DNA of 64,000 bases from Rhina ancylostomus (lineage: Eukaryota), in contig JARFYF010000051.1 of NCBI GenBank assembly GCA_030265395.1, forward strand, positions 29,014,237-29,078,236, written 5' to 3'. The notes under the pieces were generated by a model that did not search any database, was not told the origin of the DNA, and worked only from the letters and a program-made list of their open reading frames with translations. Made by a program: the position numbers and the translations under genes. Numbering within the stretch: position 1 is the stretch's first letter; each line of letters starts with the position of its first letter. Positions 14,966-26,940 of this stretch are shown here, in pieces.

Positions 14966-15757
14966 AATTTGAAACATGTGATGCTGTTGGGTAGGGAATT
15001 CGAAGAGTTAGACCCAGCAACAAGTGAAAAGCAATACATTTCTAAGCCAGGTGGTGTGACACTGAGGGTGGTGCTGCCCCCACAGCACTGTGTGCAGTTC
15101 TGATCAAAGGAATAGAATTTCTGCTCTTAAAGAAATGAAAGCCAATAACAAATATAATTCAAGGCAACGGAAATTTACATTATGTTGAAATACAATGGCT
15201 CAGTCTTTAGAAATGGGAATCTGAGGTGACATTCAAGTTCATGACAGGTACAGTCAAAATGCTTTCTGTGAAATTATGATGATTGAAACTGCACGGGACA
15301 GATCTTACATAAAATTAAGTATATACAAAACAAAATAATTTCCTTCTTGACTGTATTTACACCTAAACATTAGGGCCACAATAAGAAACTGGATCAGTCA
15401 GGATAATTCTTAGGAAAGCAAGAGATTTGTTAACCCNNNNNNNNNNNNNNNNNNNNNNNNNNNNNNNNNNNNNNNNNNNNNNNNNNNNNNNNNNNNNNNN
15501 NNNNNNNNNNNNNNNNNNNNNNNNNNNNNNNNNNNNNNNNNNNNNNNNNNNNNNNNNNNNNNNAATATCAAGTGCCCAAGCCTCTCACTGCCTCTGACCT
15601 CTGGTCTGCAACACCCTTCTGAACACCCATCCATTGCTCAATGCTCTTGGTGTTTAGAGATCTTCAAGCTTTCTTTTATTAAACTTGGTGTCACAGGAGT
15701 GTTTTTCTGCATTAAAGGCTGCACATGGATGCATGTTCCTCAGGACCATTCACTTAC

Positions 15758-15886
15758 CTCTAAGGAATTGTGAGATAAAGCCACAGCCAGTAATGGTCTG
15801 GTAGGAGAAATATCACAAGACTGAATAGTGCTGTAATGACTCATTGTTAATTCAGTTATCATGTCACCAGTCATTGTATCATAAAT
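15758..15886 (-). CDS. APAF1: APAF1 coding exon (human exon 18 equivalent; the extra WD40 of the XL/LC isoforms)
   Basis: cag|IYDTMTGDMITELTMSHYSTIQSCDISPTRPLLAVALSHNSLE|gtaagt; 129 nt. Confidence 0.92.
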
Positions 15887-18077
15887 CTGAAAAATAAAAT
15901 TTTCTGGAAATAACAATGTGGGAAAAGATGTGTTAATACATCAAAGTCAAAATAAATTAATAATGAAGGGGGCAAAGGTAAAAAAAAACTCTAAAATCCT
16001 TCAAACACATGCATTCAGAGATAAGAAAAACAACACAGCTAAGAAAATGGTACATTAAACAAAAACAGCACTCATCAAAAAATTCCCATGCTGGACCAAT
16101 TCTCCTTTCTGAGCTTTTTAAAAAATGTGCAAACATCCAGGTCTAAATTGTGATCCTCCACATGATGTTTTCAATCCCATTGAAATAATTTCAACTAGTT
16201 GATCCACATACCTATCTACCTGGAAACCAAAGTACACAAATTTATTAAAGAAAGTGGGTTACTAGTAATCAGCCTCGAATCTACGGTCAACTGCTGTTTC
16301 ATCATATTATCTATGCATATAGTATGATTTTATACATAAAATTAATACCAAAGGACATTTGGTCCAATTCCATTTTCTAAACAGAATGTTGCTTTTGTTT
16401 ACCTTAATATTTTTTGGGCTTCATTTAGATTTTCGTGCCCCTGTTGGCAGATGTTTCAATGATTGTGATGTTTAAGAGCAACAATGGTAGAGACTTGAAG
16501 CAAAGTTTTTTGTTTGCTTTTCTTCTCACCATTAGAACCAAAGAAAAGGGAGAAAGTAAATTTTGTGATTAAAAGGAAATTGGTTTGTCCAAATGTAATT
16601 GGATAATTTTGACCAGTAATCAAAAATCAGTATTTTAGCATAGGGAAAACTTAACATGATAAATGTGTTAGAAATTAATGGTTGATCAGTGCCAATTTCC
16701 TTTTTAAAATGAAGTTAGTTATATTGGTTTACTAAAGCAGAAAATAGTTTAAATCAGAGAAGAGTTGGTTAATTTCCAAGCAATGATAGGCCTGTGTTCA
16801 ATTGCTTTGGGCTTCAAGTCTCCATGCACTGCTTTCAGTACTGGAGACTGTTTTTCTATGCATCTTATATAGCCCCTTTTCTGATGATAACAAATGATTT
16901 CATATACACAAGTTGTAACCAAAATGCTCAGTTTTCATACAATGCAACCAATTAGTGACAGCCCAGCTGTTCACCACACTGTAGTTACTTGTTTATTAAC
17001 AAAGGGCTTTAGGCTCATGTTTTCAGGCATCTTGGGATGCTTGGCCAACGCATGAACCTAAAGCAGGAGATTAAAAAAGATAACAGCAAACCCCTAATGT
17101 TATGTCTCAGGCTGCAAGGAAATTCTGATAGTGGTTAGGAACTTCCTGATAAACTGTTATTCCATTTCTCTCTTGGTGGTTGATTTGAGTGATTGCTGGC
17201 CATTTATGAGGGAATGAAACTGGAACTGAAGTCTCCTGCCCTGGAGAAAAGTATATGGATTTAGACTCTAAGGAGCCAAGTGAGGCTCAAGATAAAAGGA
17301 GCAGTGTCAATGAGGAACACGAGACCAAGAAGAAAATGAGCATGTGGGGATAAAGCAAAAAACTGATAGTGAGCATCAATGTTTTCATAGGCCTTGAACC
17401 AAACCTGACTACTGAAACTGAAAATATCCAGGACTGTTCAGCACCAAAGGAACTCAACATAAAAGGCATTACAACACTAAACATTCTGGTTTTAATGAAT
17501 TCACAGGACAACAATGCTAACAAAAATTGGAGATGCAAAAAGGGAATTATCTGTTCAGCAATTATCTTCTAGAAGGTGCAGAAAGAATCAAAAACAATAA
17601 TGAAAGTGAGCCATGAGATTGCTTCATTAATTATCAAGGCATTAATTGCCAATGAAGATTTTGTGAAAGATTGTTTGTTAATAGCAGAGAACTGTATATA
17701 AAAAAAGTAATTCTGAATTGTTCAATGTTTTCAGTCCTGCGTGCTAGGTCCAGGAAACAACATTTTATGAGAACTGAAAGGGAGCAAGAAAATGTTTATG
17801 TACTCCCCCCAGTAGAATTTCAAACTTTGACTCAGCTTAGTTGACAGGATTTTTGTTTAGTGTGATAGATGAAATGTCTTTCAGGTTTATGATGAATTAG
17901 AGGTACTGGCATAAGTCCAAGGAAGATCAATGTGCATGGACTTGTTTATCAACCCCCAGGATAAAATTGAGTCTTTGTGATGGTAATGGGAAAAACTGAC
18001 TGGCATTTCAACAGATGGTGCACCATTAGTGAGAGGGAAACATAATGAAATAATCACACATCCCAAGCAGTATCTGG

Positions 18078-18173
18078 AAAAAAAGTGCTTTAAGAACTCA
18101 GCTGGATAAGCAGCATCTGTGGAAAGAGAAACCAGTTAATGTTTCAAGTCGAAGACCCTTCATCAGAACTGAG
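18078..18173 (-). mobile_element. Short Penelope-derived insert with 12-bp TSD, nested in a hAT fossil
   Basis: Perfect direct repeat agcagtatctgg at 18066-18077 and 18174-18185. The insert resembles the Penelope terminus at 41910-42010. Confidence 0.8.
18133..18171 (-). ncRNA. Minimal type-I hammerhead ribozyme motif (Penelope-type)
   Basis: Minus strand reads CAGUU-CUGAUGA-A-GGGUC-UUC-GACUU-GAAAC-AUU-AACUG. It has stem I (CAGUU/AACUG), an intact CUGAUGA box, stem II and a GAAA box. Stem III is loop-less, with A where the canonical motif has G (GAAACGU). Confidence 0.7.
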
Positions 18174-20289
18174 AGCAGTATCTGGGTGATTGAGGAACAA
18201 CTCTTCTTATTTCAGTGCATTATATAACAGCAAGAGGAGACACATGATGGATGCTGTTGTCTCCCTAGTCAGCTACATAATGTCTCTTGGACTCAACCAC
18301 TGTCAATGTAAAGAGCCTTCAGAAAAAATTATTGCTGTGAGTGGTTATGCATTTTATTGTGCAGAAGGTGGGTGGCTTAGTGAGGTATTGAAAAGGTTTG
18401 GAGCAATGCTGATGGAATTCAACATTTTGATAGGAAAAGGAACAATTTATGTATGGCCTCATCATCTAAATCATATCTTTTTGGACTAAACTGAAACTGT
18501 TCTAAACACACTTGCAATAAGGTGATTTCGCTCACTTTCATATTTGACAGATTCCTTTTTCAAGCACAATAGCAACTTGTGGGAAGCTTTGGTATTCATT
18601 TGAAATTTTCAGACATGTGCAGACACAGAAGAACTGAAGTTATTTGCTGATCCATTTGCAGCCTTCCCAGAAACAATAAAACTAAGCATTGTCTTTGAAA
18701 TTGTCAAACTGCAAACGCTGCACTAATGCAAAGAAAATCTACTCCATTTCTGCAATTTCCTTGACTCTAGCTTTTTTTTTAAAGAATTCAATAGGGTGAG
18801 CCACAAAGCCAAGTCCATTCATTTGCAAGTTCGCATTCTCTCTGTTGAGACTCAACAAATCAATGCAGTGCAATTGTATTTCAGATTCAAAGCCTGAAGC
18901 GATTATATATCCGGTAAAATGGAAAATAAAGCCCAATATTCCCAGAATGGTCTCCCAGACACTGTACAACATATCACGTTAATCCTGAGGTATAATCTAC
19001 CGATAAACATATATTGTTTTAATTTAATTTGGAAGGCAATGAATATCTGAAAATCTCTGATGACATCCCAGTTGTATCAAAAACACACCTTGTTACTGAG
19101 TCTCCAAGACTGATAAAGGGTGTAAATATGTTTTCATGCAAATTATACTGTCAAATATCAATAAGCACTATTCATAATGCCCTGAACTTTAAGCAACCAA
19201 ATTGTTATTAATTGTTGTTTGGCAAAAATCTTAACAAAACTTTCAACATACTTTCTGTCTTCATGCACATGACCAAAAATATTAGAATCTAATGACGTAT
19301 GATTAAAGAAAACATGTTTGATTAATAGCTCTCAGTAGAGATTCAGAATTTCAATTTTACTGCCAAAATATTGTGGATTCCTGATACAATGCTCTGCAGT
19401 TGTGACAACAAATCTGAAATACAAAGCCTAGATTGTGTTATAATGTTAAACAAGCTTACAGATGTTGGCCAACAAAATAAGGAAGAAAATTTTAGGTTGT
19501 GTTCTTTATTCCCCTCTTAAAGAAATAAAAAGCTAAAACAGAAGCAATTCATGTAATGCACAGAGAGAAATGTGCCAACCGATTATCTGAAGGTCCAAAT
19601 TTATTTACCAAACTATGATGCCAAAATCAGGAATCAGAAAAGTAATCACTTTTTGTGAAGTCAAACACTATTAGCCTTAAAGGAGATGGATTCTCTCAGT
19701 AGCTAATTACTTAGTAAATTATAGATTGTCTACTTTCCACTGCAATTACAGTCTAACGAATTGAATGATTGATATGTAGAAATGAAATCGCTCTATAAGT
19801 TCAACCATCTATTAAGACACTGTTGCTTTGCGAGAGGCTCAAACAACTTTTAAACAATTGCTTTATTACTAATCATTGTATATCAAATGGCATGATGGCA
19901 TAAAATCAACTTAAGTTGCTTTGCTTTTGCTGCAAGAGATTTTTTTAAATCATAATGGGTTTCCCTCATCTCCCAGGTCAAGCACATTGGCTCACAAAAG
20001 GAAGCAAATGGAATAATCCACTCAAATTCAGGATAAAAGGAAAATGAAATTAAATAGTATTTACTTTTATATTTATTTGTTTTATGTTTTAGGAGCTCCA
20101 GCCCCAGCCAAAGTGAAATATTGTTCAAGATTAACAGCACCGTATACAGCAGGTTAACATGAAGTTGACTCCATTATCATTCCTTATAATGGTGTACACT
20201 CCATATGGGGAGACACCAAGCATGGGTGCTCTGCAGTAAGGGAGATGACAAAGCAAGTGGCAGCTTTCTTGAAGACAGGGTCACAGTTA

Positions 20290-20880
20290 AAATCATAAAT
20301 TAGTACAGCACAGAAATGGGCCCTTCAGCCCACCACATCCACACTGACCTCTTTGCCCATCTACATTAATCACATTTGCCTACACTAGGTACATATCCTT
20401 CGAAGTCTTGTCTATGTAAGTGCCTGTCTAAAGACCNNNNNNNNNNGTAATGATTGTATCTGACTTGACCACCTCCTCTGGCAGCGAGTTCCAAATATCA
20501 ACCATTTTATGCAAAAGAAAATTACCCCTTAAATCCCCTTTAAAACTCATTCCCGTCACCTTAAACCTATAACGTTTTGTTTTTGATACCCCTGCTGTGG
20601 GAAAAGGATTCTGAGCATCTACCTCATGTATGCCTTGTACAATTTTATATACTTTCATCAGTCACCCTTCAAGCCTCTTCCACTCCAGGGAAAACAAGCC
20701 CAGCCAATCCAATCTCTCCCCATAATTGAAGTCCTCGAGTCCAGGCAACATCCTGGTGAATCTCCTCTCCATTCTCTCGAGCACAAACACATCCTTTCTA
20801 TAGTGTGGCAACCAGAACTGCATACAATACTCTAACCAGTGTTTTGTAAAGTTAAAACATAATGTCCCAACTTTTAGACA
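20290..20880 (-). mobile_element. CR1 LINE 3' fragment
   Basis: KVYKIVQGI...FKGDLRGNF...DIWNSLPEEVV, the CR1 ORF2 C-terminus plus 3' UTR. Confidence 0.85.
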
Positions 20881-21139
20881 GTTCTGCTGCAGAAGTTAAA
20901 TGGGGCAGCCTTATCGAGGAAGGTGATGGATATGCACGATGAAATGCTGGTGCAGAAACCCTTTACCCACTCATCCAACTTTCTAAATAACATTGCAACT
21001 TCATAGCAGATCCAGTAATGTGGATAAGTGTGAGGTTATCACTTTGGTTCTCGAACAAAAAGACATTATCTGAATGGTGTTGGATTAGGAAAAGAGAAGG
21101 TGTACTGAGGCCTGAGTGCCCTTGTACATCAATTGTTGA

Positions 21140-21740
21140 AATCAAGTATTCCAGTGCAGCAAGAAAGGCAAATGGTGTGTTGGCCTCCATTGCAAGAGGA
21201 TTTGAATATAAGAGCAAGGATCTCTTGCTGTAGTTGTATAGGGCCTTGGTGACATCGGGAATTTTGTGTGCAGTTTTACCATAGGAGTTCAACAAGTATT
21301 GAAGGCTGATTCCTGGGATGGTAGGACTGACAATGAGGAGAGATTGGGTCATTTAGCCCTATATTCACTGGAGTACAGAAGAATGGGAGGGGATCATGCA
21401 GAAACGTACAACATTGTTACAAGACTAGACTGGATAAAGAGTTATGTTCCTGACAGATGAAGAGTAGAACCAGGGGTCACAGTCTCGTGGTGTGAGGTAT
21501 GCCATTTAAAAAGAGAAATGGGGAAATTTATGGAATTCTTTACTAAAGAAGGCAATGGAGGACAAGTAATTTAATATATTCAACAATGAGGTAGACATAT
21601 TTCTTAAAGCCAAAGGGATCAAGGGATAAGGGACAAGGACGGGAACAAGGTCTTGAAGTGGATAACCAGCAACAATTATGTTGAGAAGTGGAGCAGGCCC
21701 GAGAAACAGAATAAGCTATTCCTGCTTCTATATTTATACA
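21140..21740 (+). mobile_element. CR1 LINE 3' fragment
   Basis: ARKANGVLASIARGFEYKSKDLLL and EERLGHLALYSLEYRRMGGDHAETYNI. Confidence 0.85.
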
Positions 21741-21789
21741 GTTATACAGTATGTTGCCGTACAAATTAAGGAAGTATCATTATGGCTGT

Positions 21790-23590
21790 TGTGAGTGTGC
21801 AAGGGCACTTACATGGCAGCAAACTGTCTTCCAGCAGCTTTGGGAATGCTGAGGTTCTGCCCCTTTGGAGTGAGAGTAGTTCCACAAAGCACAGATCTAC
21901 TGACTGCTCTCAGGAAGACAGTGCATACACTTGGGAAAGAGACGCTCTGTGAGTCAACACCAAGTCTGGACAGAATTAAGTCTCAGCATCAGGCCAAACT
22001 GAGCAAGGGAACCCCCACCTGATTACCATTGACCATCCTCCCTCCGTGACGAATAGTGCTCCTCTTTGTTGATCAATACTTGGCAATGCATTGAGAGTAG
22101 TCAGGGCACAGATGTGCTCTGGGGACTTCAACATCCTCCTGTAAGAACGGCTATGTAACACCATCGCTGGCCAAGCTGTCCGATTCCTGAAGGACATCAG
22201 GGTCAGACTAGGTCTGGAGAAGGTACAGAGTGAACCAACAGAAGGAATTAACAGATTTGACACTGTCTGCAGCTAACCAAGTTAAGGATGGTATCAAATT
22301 GAATGAAAAAGCATACAATAATTAATGGTAGGCAAGAGGAGGGAAATTTTTAGAAACCAATAAAGCAAATTATAAAGAGGAGGAAGATAGAATAAGATGC
22401 ATAGCCAACAATATAAAACATAGTAAGAGCTTTTACTGCTATACGGAAAGAGCAGCTACAGTAAATACTGGTTTCTTAGGAGATGAGACTGACTAATTAG
22501 TAATGGGAGAAAGAGAAAAGACAGAGATTCTAAAAAAAATTATTTTGCCTTGCTCTTCATTGTAGAAAACACTAAAATAATAATAGATGATCAATGGACT
22601 GCAGGGAGGGAGGAACTAAAATGATCTCTATCACTCAAGATAAAGTACCAAGCAAAGTTAAGGCTGAGAAGTCCTCTGGACGAGATGGCCTGCATCCCAG
22701 GGTCTTAAAGAAACTGGCTGCAGTATTAGCAGGTGCATTATAACCTATCAGCATTCCCTGGATTCCAGAGAGATGCCACATGATTGGAAGACCACATAGG
22801 GAATTCCACAATTCAAGAAAGGAGGGAGGCAGAGAGCAGGAAACTATAGACTTGTAGGTCTAACATTCATCATTGGAAGAAATGCTAGAATCCATTGTTA
22901 AGAAAGTAATCGCGGAACATTTAGAAAATTATAAGGCAATCAAATAGCCAGCATAGTTTTATGAATAGGAAACCAATAGATGCCGTATATTTGGATTTCC
23001 AGAAGGCTTTTGATTTTGATAAGGTGCCACATTAAAGGATGTAGACAACATTCAGGCACCGGCTGGTAAATGGCAAGTAATGCTTGTGCTGCAAAACTTC
23101 AGGCGTTGATCATCTCCAACATGTGAGGGTCTGACTACTTATGCTTGACATTCCATGGCAGAGCAGTTGCTGTGTCCCCAACCAACAACACCATGGTTGT
23201 CATCAATAACCAGAAACTTGACCAAAGCAATCACATACACAAATAAAACTCAGAGGCTCTGTATCCTGCAATGAATGGACCACATCCTGAAATCCCACAG
23301 CCTCTCCACTGCCCAGTTGGATAGAATACTCTCCACTTGTCTGCAGGAATTCAACTCCAAAAACATTCAAGAAGTTCAACAATAAGCCAACTTGCTTGAT
23401 TGACACCCGATTCATCATCTCCAGCACCAGTATACTGTGGCCGCTATCATCTAAAGAATAGTACAAAACTAATCCATCAGCACCTCCCACCCTGCAACTT
23501 CTACCACCAAACAGGTCAAAGACAAAGGCAGATGAAAACAACACCAGCAAGTTTCAATCCAAATCACAGAAGAGCTGAGGAATGGTACTA
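21790..23590 (+). mobile_element. Nested LINE fragments (endonuclease/RT pieces with a CR1 RT segment at about 22290-23035)
   Basis: GDFN endonuclease motif (ggggacttcaac); CR1 motifs DGLHPRVLKELA, FKKGGRQRAGNYR and YLDFQKAFD. Confidence 0.7.
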
Positions 23591-23784
23591 ACTGGTTTTT
23601 TCTTCCTTGCTGTACCTATTTTATGAGTCTATTATCCTAATGAATCTTTAAGCATACAAGTTCCTTTGGTGTCTCTCTTGGTGCGTAAAACTGGATTACA
23701 TTCTAACAATGAGCTGAGTGCTGAAGACTTCAGTACAGTCATAGTTACAATCAGGAGCATGGTAGCATGGTATTCATTGCCTCA

Positions 23785-23892
23785 GTGCCAGTGATGAAGA
23801 TGCTGCATACACTAAGAGTAAAGTGAAACAGGCTGGTCTGTCCTGGAGTATTAAGTTCCTTGTGGTGTATGCAACATCTTCATCACTGACAC
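23785..23892. repeat. 28-bp inverted repeat with 52-nt spacer
   Basis: gtgccagtgatgaagatgctgcatacac (23785-23812) vs gtgtatgcaacatcttcatcactgacac (23865-23892); 26/28 Watson-Crick. Confidence 0.9.
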
Positions 23893-24567
23893 ACTGATGC
23901 TGCTTTACTTCAGATGGAGTGCTGAGGCTTTGTGATAAACACTTCGTGGCTCAGGAGCAGTTCAGATGAATGACAGCAGCAGCTGAAATGTACTCGGTCT
24001 GATCCAGGGCAAGTTGTGTCCAATCTCGAACACCAGCAAAACCCAGTGTCTAACAACCACCACCTCCATACTTCACAAGCTGACTCCATGTGCTCATATA
24101 TCAGGTTTCACCCCATGGGCACACTTATCAACTTACCCCCAATAAGATGTAACACAGAAGCTTTGGGGCAGAGTAGATACCAAAGCATTTTGAAATCAGC
24201 CAATTAAGTTCCATTCCTCATTGCATCATCACTCCGTGTGGAGTTGAAGGATCAGAAACAATAAACAGAGAAATGAGGTGGCCCAACTCAAAGTGGAATT
24301 GTGGAGCAAATTTGGTCACACATAACCATGGCACAGTGAGACAGTCAAAAAGGAAGGAAATTAGGAAGCAAAATACCAGAGGGAAAAAGGAAAGTAATTC
24401 ACAGAAGAAAACAATATTCTGAAGCAAGAGTGTATGCTGGGAAAATAAAGACAACTCCACTTCCCTTCCCGATACTTCAGCAGCACACATCATCAACTAT
24501 TAATTTCTCAAAATCCACTATATATCCAAGATATTACCAGTAAACTTTACATTGAGAAAATACTTAC

Positions 24568-24723
24568 AAAGAGAGTGTTTTTTGCAGCTGCCAGAACTCG
24601 GGTGCCATCAGATGACCATAAACAGCACTTTAGTAGAACCTCCTCCTCATCATCACCATCATCTGATTTCCAGCATCGTTCCTTAACATCAAGGGATTTC
24701 CACATATTACCAGATCTCCATAG
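24568..24723 (-). CDS. APAF1: APAF1 coding exon (human exon 17 equivalent; WD40 with acidic loop)
   Basis: cag|LWRSGNMWKSLDVKERCWKSDDGDDEEEVLLKCCLWSSDGTRVLAAAKNTLF|gtaagt; 156 nt. Confidence 0.93.
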
Positions 24724-25089
24724 CTGTGAGAATAGAACATAGCATTGCTTCATTAGCCATTAACCGTCGAATATAAACACATATCACTTCAGAATGAATT
24801 ATAATTTTCAATGTATTTTTAAAAACTAAAATGAATCATTTATGAATAGAGATCCAGAATTCACAAGGTACACTTATATAGGATGTAAAATAGTTATCCA
24901 ACTGAAAATCGATTAGAATGATATCCTGTCTTATCCACAATCTTCAAACCTAGCGAAAGGGACACCATTTTTGCAGCTAATTCCAATGGTTTCCATATGC
25001 CAAGTTCCAAAGTGGAGTACAAAACAAAGTCCTACAAGATTTTGCATTTAACAAAGCGAACAACAGCCAACTTCTGCATACAATCACAT

Positions 25090-26940
25090 GGAGTCACAGG
25101 GAGCCATAGAGTCATTCAGTACAGAAAGCAGCTCTTCTGCCCACTGCGTTTACAATGATTATCAGGCACCCATCCACACTAGTCCTACACCAAAGGAGTC
25201 CTTTGACCACTAATCTGATGTAAATTAATAATTCCAGAAATCAGATGATGTCAAGCTAATCTTCTCTTTCCCCATAAATCAGCCAAAATAAACCTTTGTT
25301 GATTTCTACCTAATTCATGTTAGGAGAGCAAACTTGGGCACAATACTCCAGACATAGTCTCACTAAGCCCTGACACAAGGGAGGTGGTAGAATCAGATAT
25401 GATAGTGATATACGAGAGGCATTTAGACAGACATATGAATAGGCAGGGAATAGAGGGGCATCAACTATGTGCGGGCAAGTGGGATTAGTTTAAATTTGCA
25501 TTATGGTTGGCGCAGACAAGGTGGGCTAAAGGGCCTGTTCCTGCACTGTACTGCTCTACATTCTATGCAAGTGTAATAAAACTTTACTTTTAAACTTTTA
25601 CGATAAACATTAACATCCTACTTGCTTTCTTGATAGTTTGCTTCACCTGAAGGCTATCTTTTCTTGATGTAAGGATGCCCAAGTTGATCTGAACATCAAC
25701 ATCTCTCTGTCATTCACCTTTTAAAGATTATTTGGCTTTTCTATACTCCTTCTCAAATTTGCATTTATCGACATACTTATTCTGTCACCTTCTTGCCCAT
25801 TTTTTAACCTGTCCATATCACTTTGCAGACTCTTAGTTCCCTTTAGTCACCTATTTGCCCACCTGGCACTGACCTGTCAAAAAAAATCCGATACGTTGAA
25901 TGGTCCTTCAATTTAGGTTATACGAACATGGGAACTATTGCTATTTCGTCAATCAAGCCTATTCTGCTATTCAAGATGATCGTAATCAATCAGCAGCCAA
26001 ATTCCATTTGTGCTCCTTTCTCTAGATCCCCTAATAGCTTTGGTTATCAAAAATCCATCATTCTCACATTTGAAATTAACTAACCTAGTATCAGAAGAGA
26101 ATTCTGAATTTCTAACACTCTCTGTATATAGAAATATTTTCTAACTTCAATCTGAAGAGGCCTGGCTCTGACCTTTAAAAGATTCCTTACAGTCCTATAA
26201 TACCAACAAGCAGAAGCTGTTTCTCTCTGTGCAACTTAATAGTTCCACTTAAAAATCTTGAAAACATTCAGCAAATCATCTTTATGCTTCTTAATGCCAA
26301 GGAATACAACTCTAGGAGCCCATGTATCATACTGGTAAACCTCAAGTATACTCTCCAAGGTAAACCTAACCTTCTTAAGGTATGGTTCTCAAAGTTGCAT
26401 ACACTTCTCAAGATGTGGTTATTACATAACTGCAGCATTACTTGTATCCTTTTATACTGCTGTTCTTTAAGTCTGAAGGCCAATGTCCCATGAGACTTTT
26501 TGAATATTTTTGTCCTTATCCATGAAATTGTAATGATCTGCATCTATAGTCTCTCTGAATTTCCACTGCATCGAGCTTTTCACTTTTTAAAAAGCGCTTT
26601 ACACCATATTTGTCAGGACCCATGTGGTTTATCTCAAATTTGTCTAGAGTGANNNNNNNNNNNNNNTGTTTTGTGATCTGTTCACATCTCTATTATTTAA
26701 TGCTTCCACCCACTTGCACTGCTTACTGTGCCTTCAGTAAACTTTAATACTTGGCTTTTCACTCCATCTTCTAAGTCTTACATAAATACTTCAAATAGTT
26801 GTGACCTCAGTGCTGGCCATCACTGGTCACATTCAACCAATCCCAGTCCCTCTCCATTACCCCCTTTCTCTGTTCCCTGCAACTCAGTCAATTTCCTATC
26901 CATCCTGAAAATCCCATTTATTATCCAGGCACAGAATAGA
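25090..26940. mobile_element. Cluster of CR1 fragments (mostly minus; a plus-strand 3' end at about 25380-25565)
   Basis: CR1 3'-UTR motif gggctaaagggcctgttcctgcactgtactgctcta; antisense ORF remnants (IQVMLQLC...LRFTSMIHGL). Confidence 0.65.

Larger units (their letters stand above)
17560..18900 (+). mobile_element. Decayed hAT (Charlie/SPIN/Buster, GTF2IRD2-like) transposase
   Basis: Peptide remnants EDFVKDCLLIA, LTGISTDGAPLVRGKHN, HMMDAVVSLVSYIMSLGLNHCQ and GWLSEVLKRF match hAT transposase motifs (TDGAPxM, VNFIRxxxLNHRQF, RWLSRGxVLxRF). Frameshifts and stops are present. Confidence 0.8.

Noticed and set aside
23780-23900. C/D-box snoRNA (GUGAUGA ... CUGA on both strands)
   Set aside because: The C-box-like sequence is buried in a long inverted repeat, which is incompatible with a kink-turn. 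No guide element was recognised.
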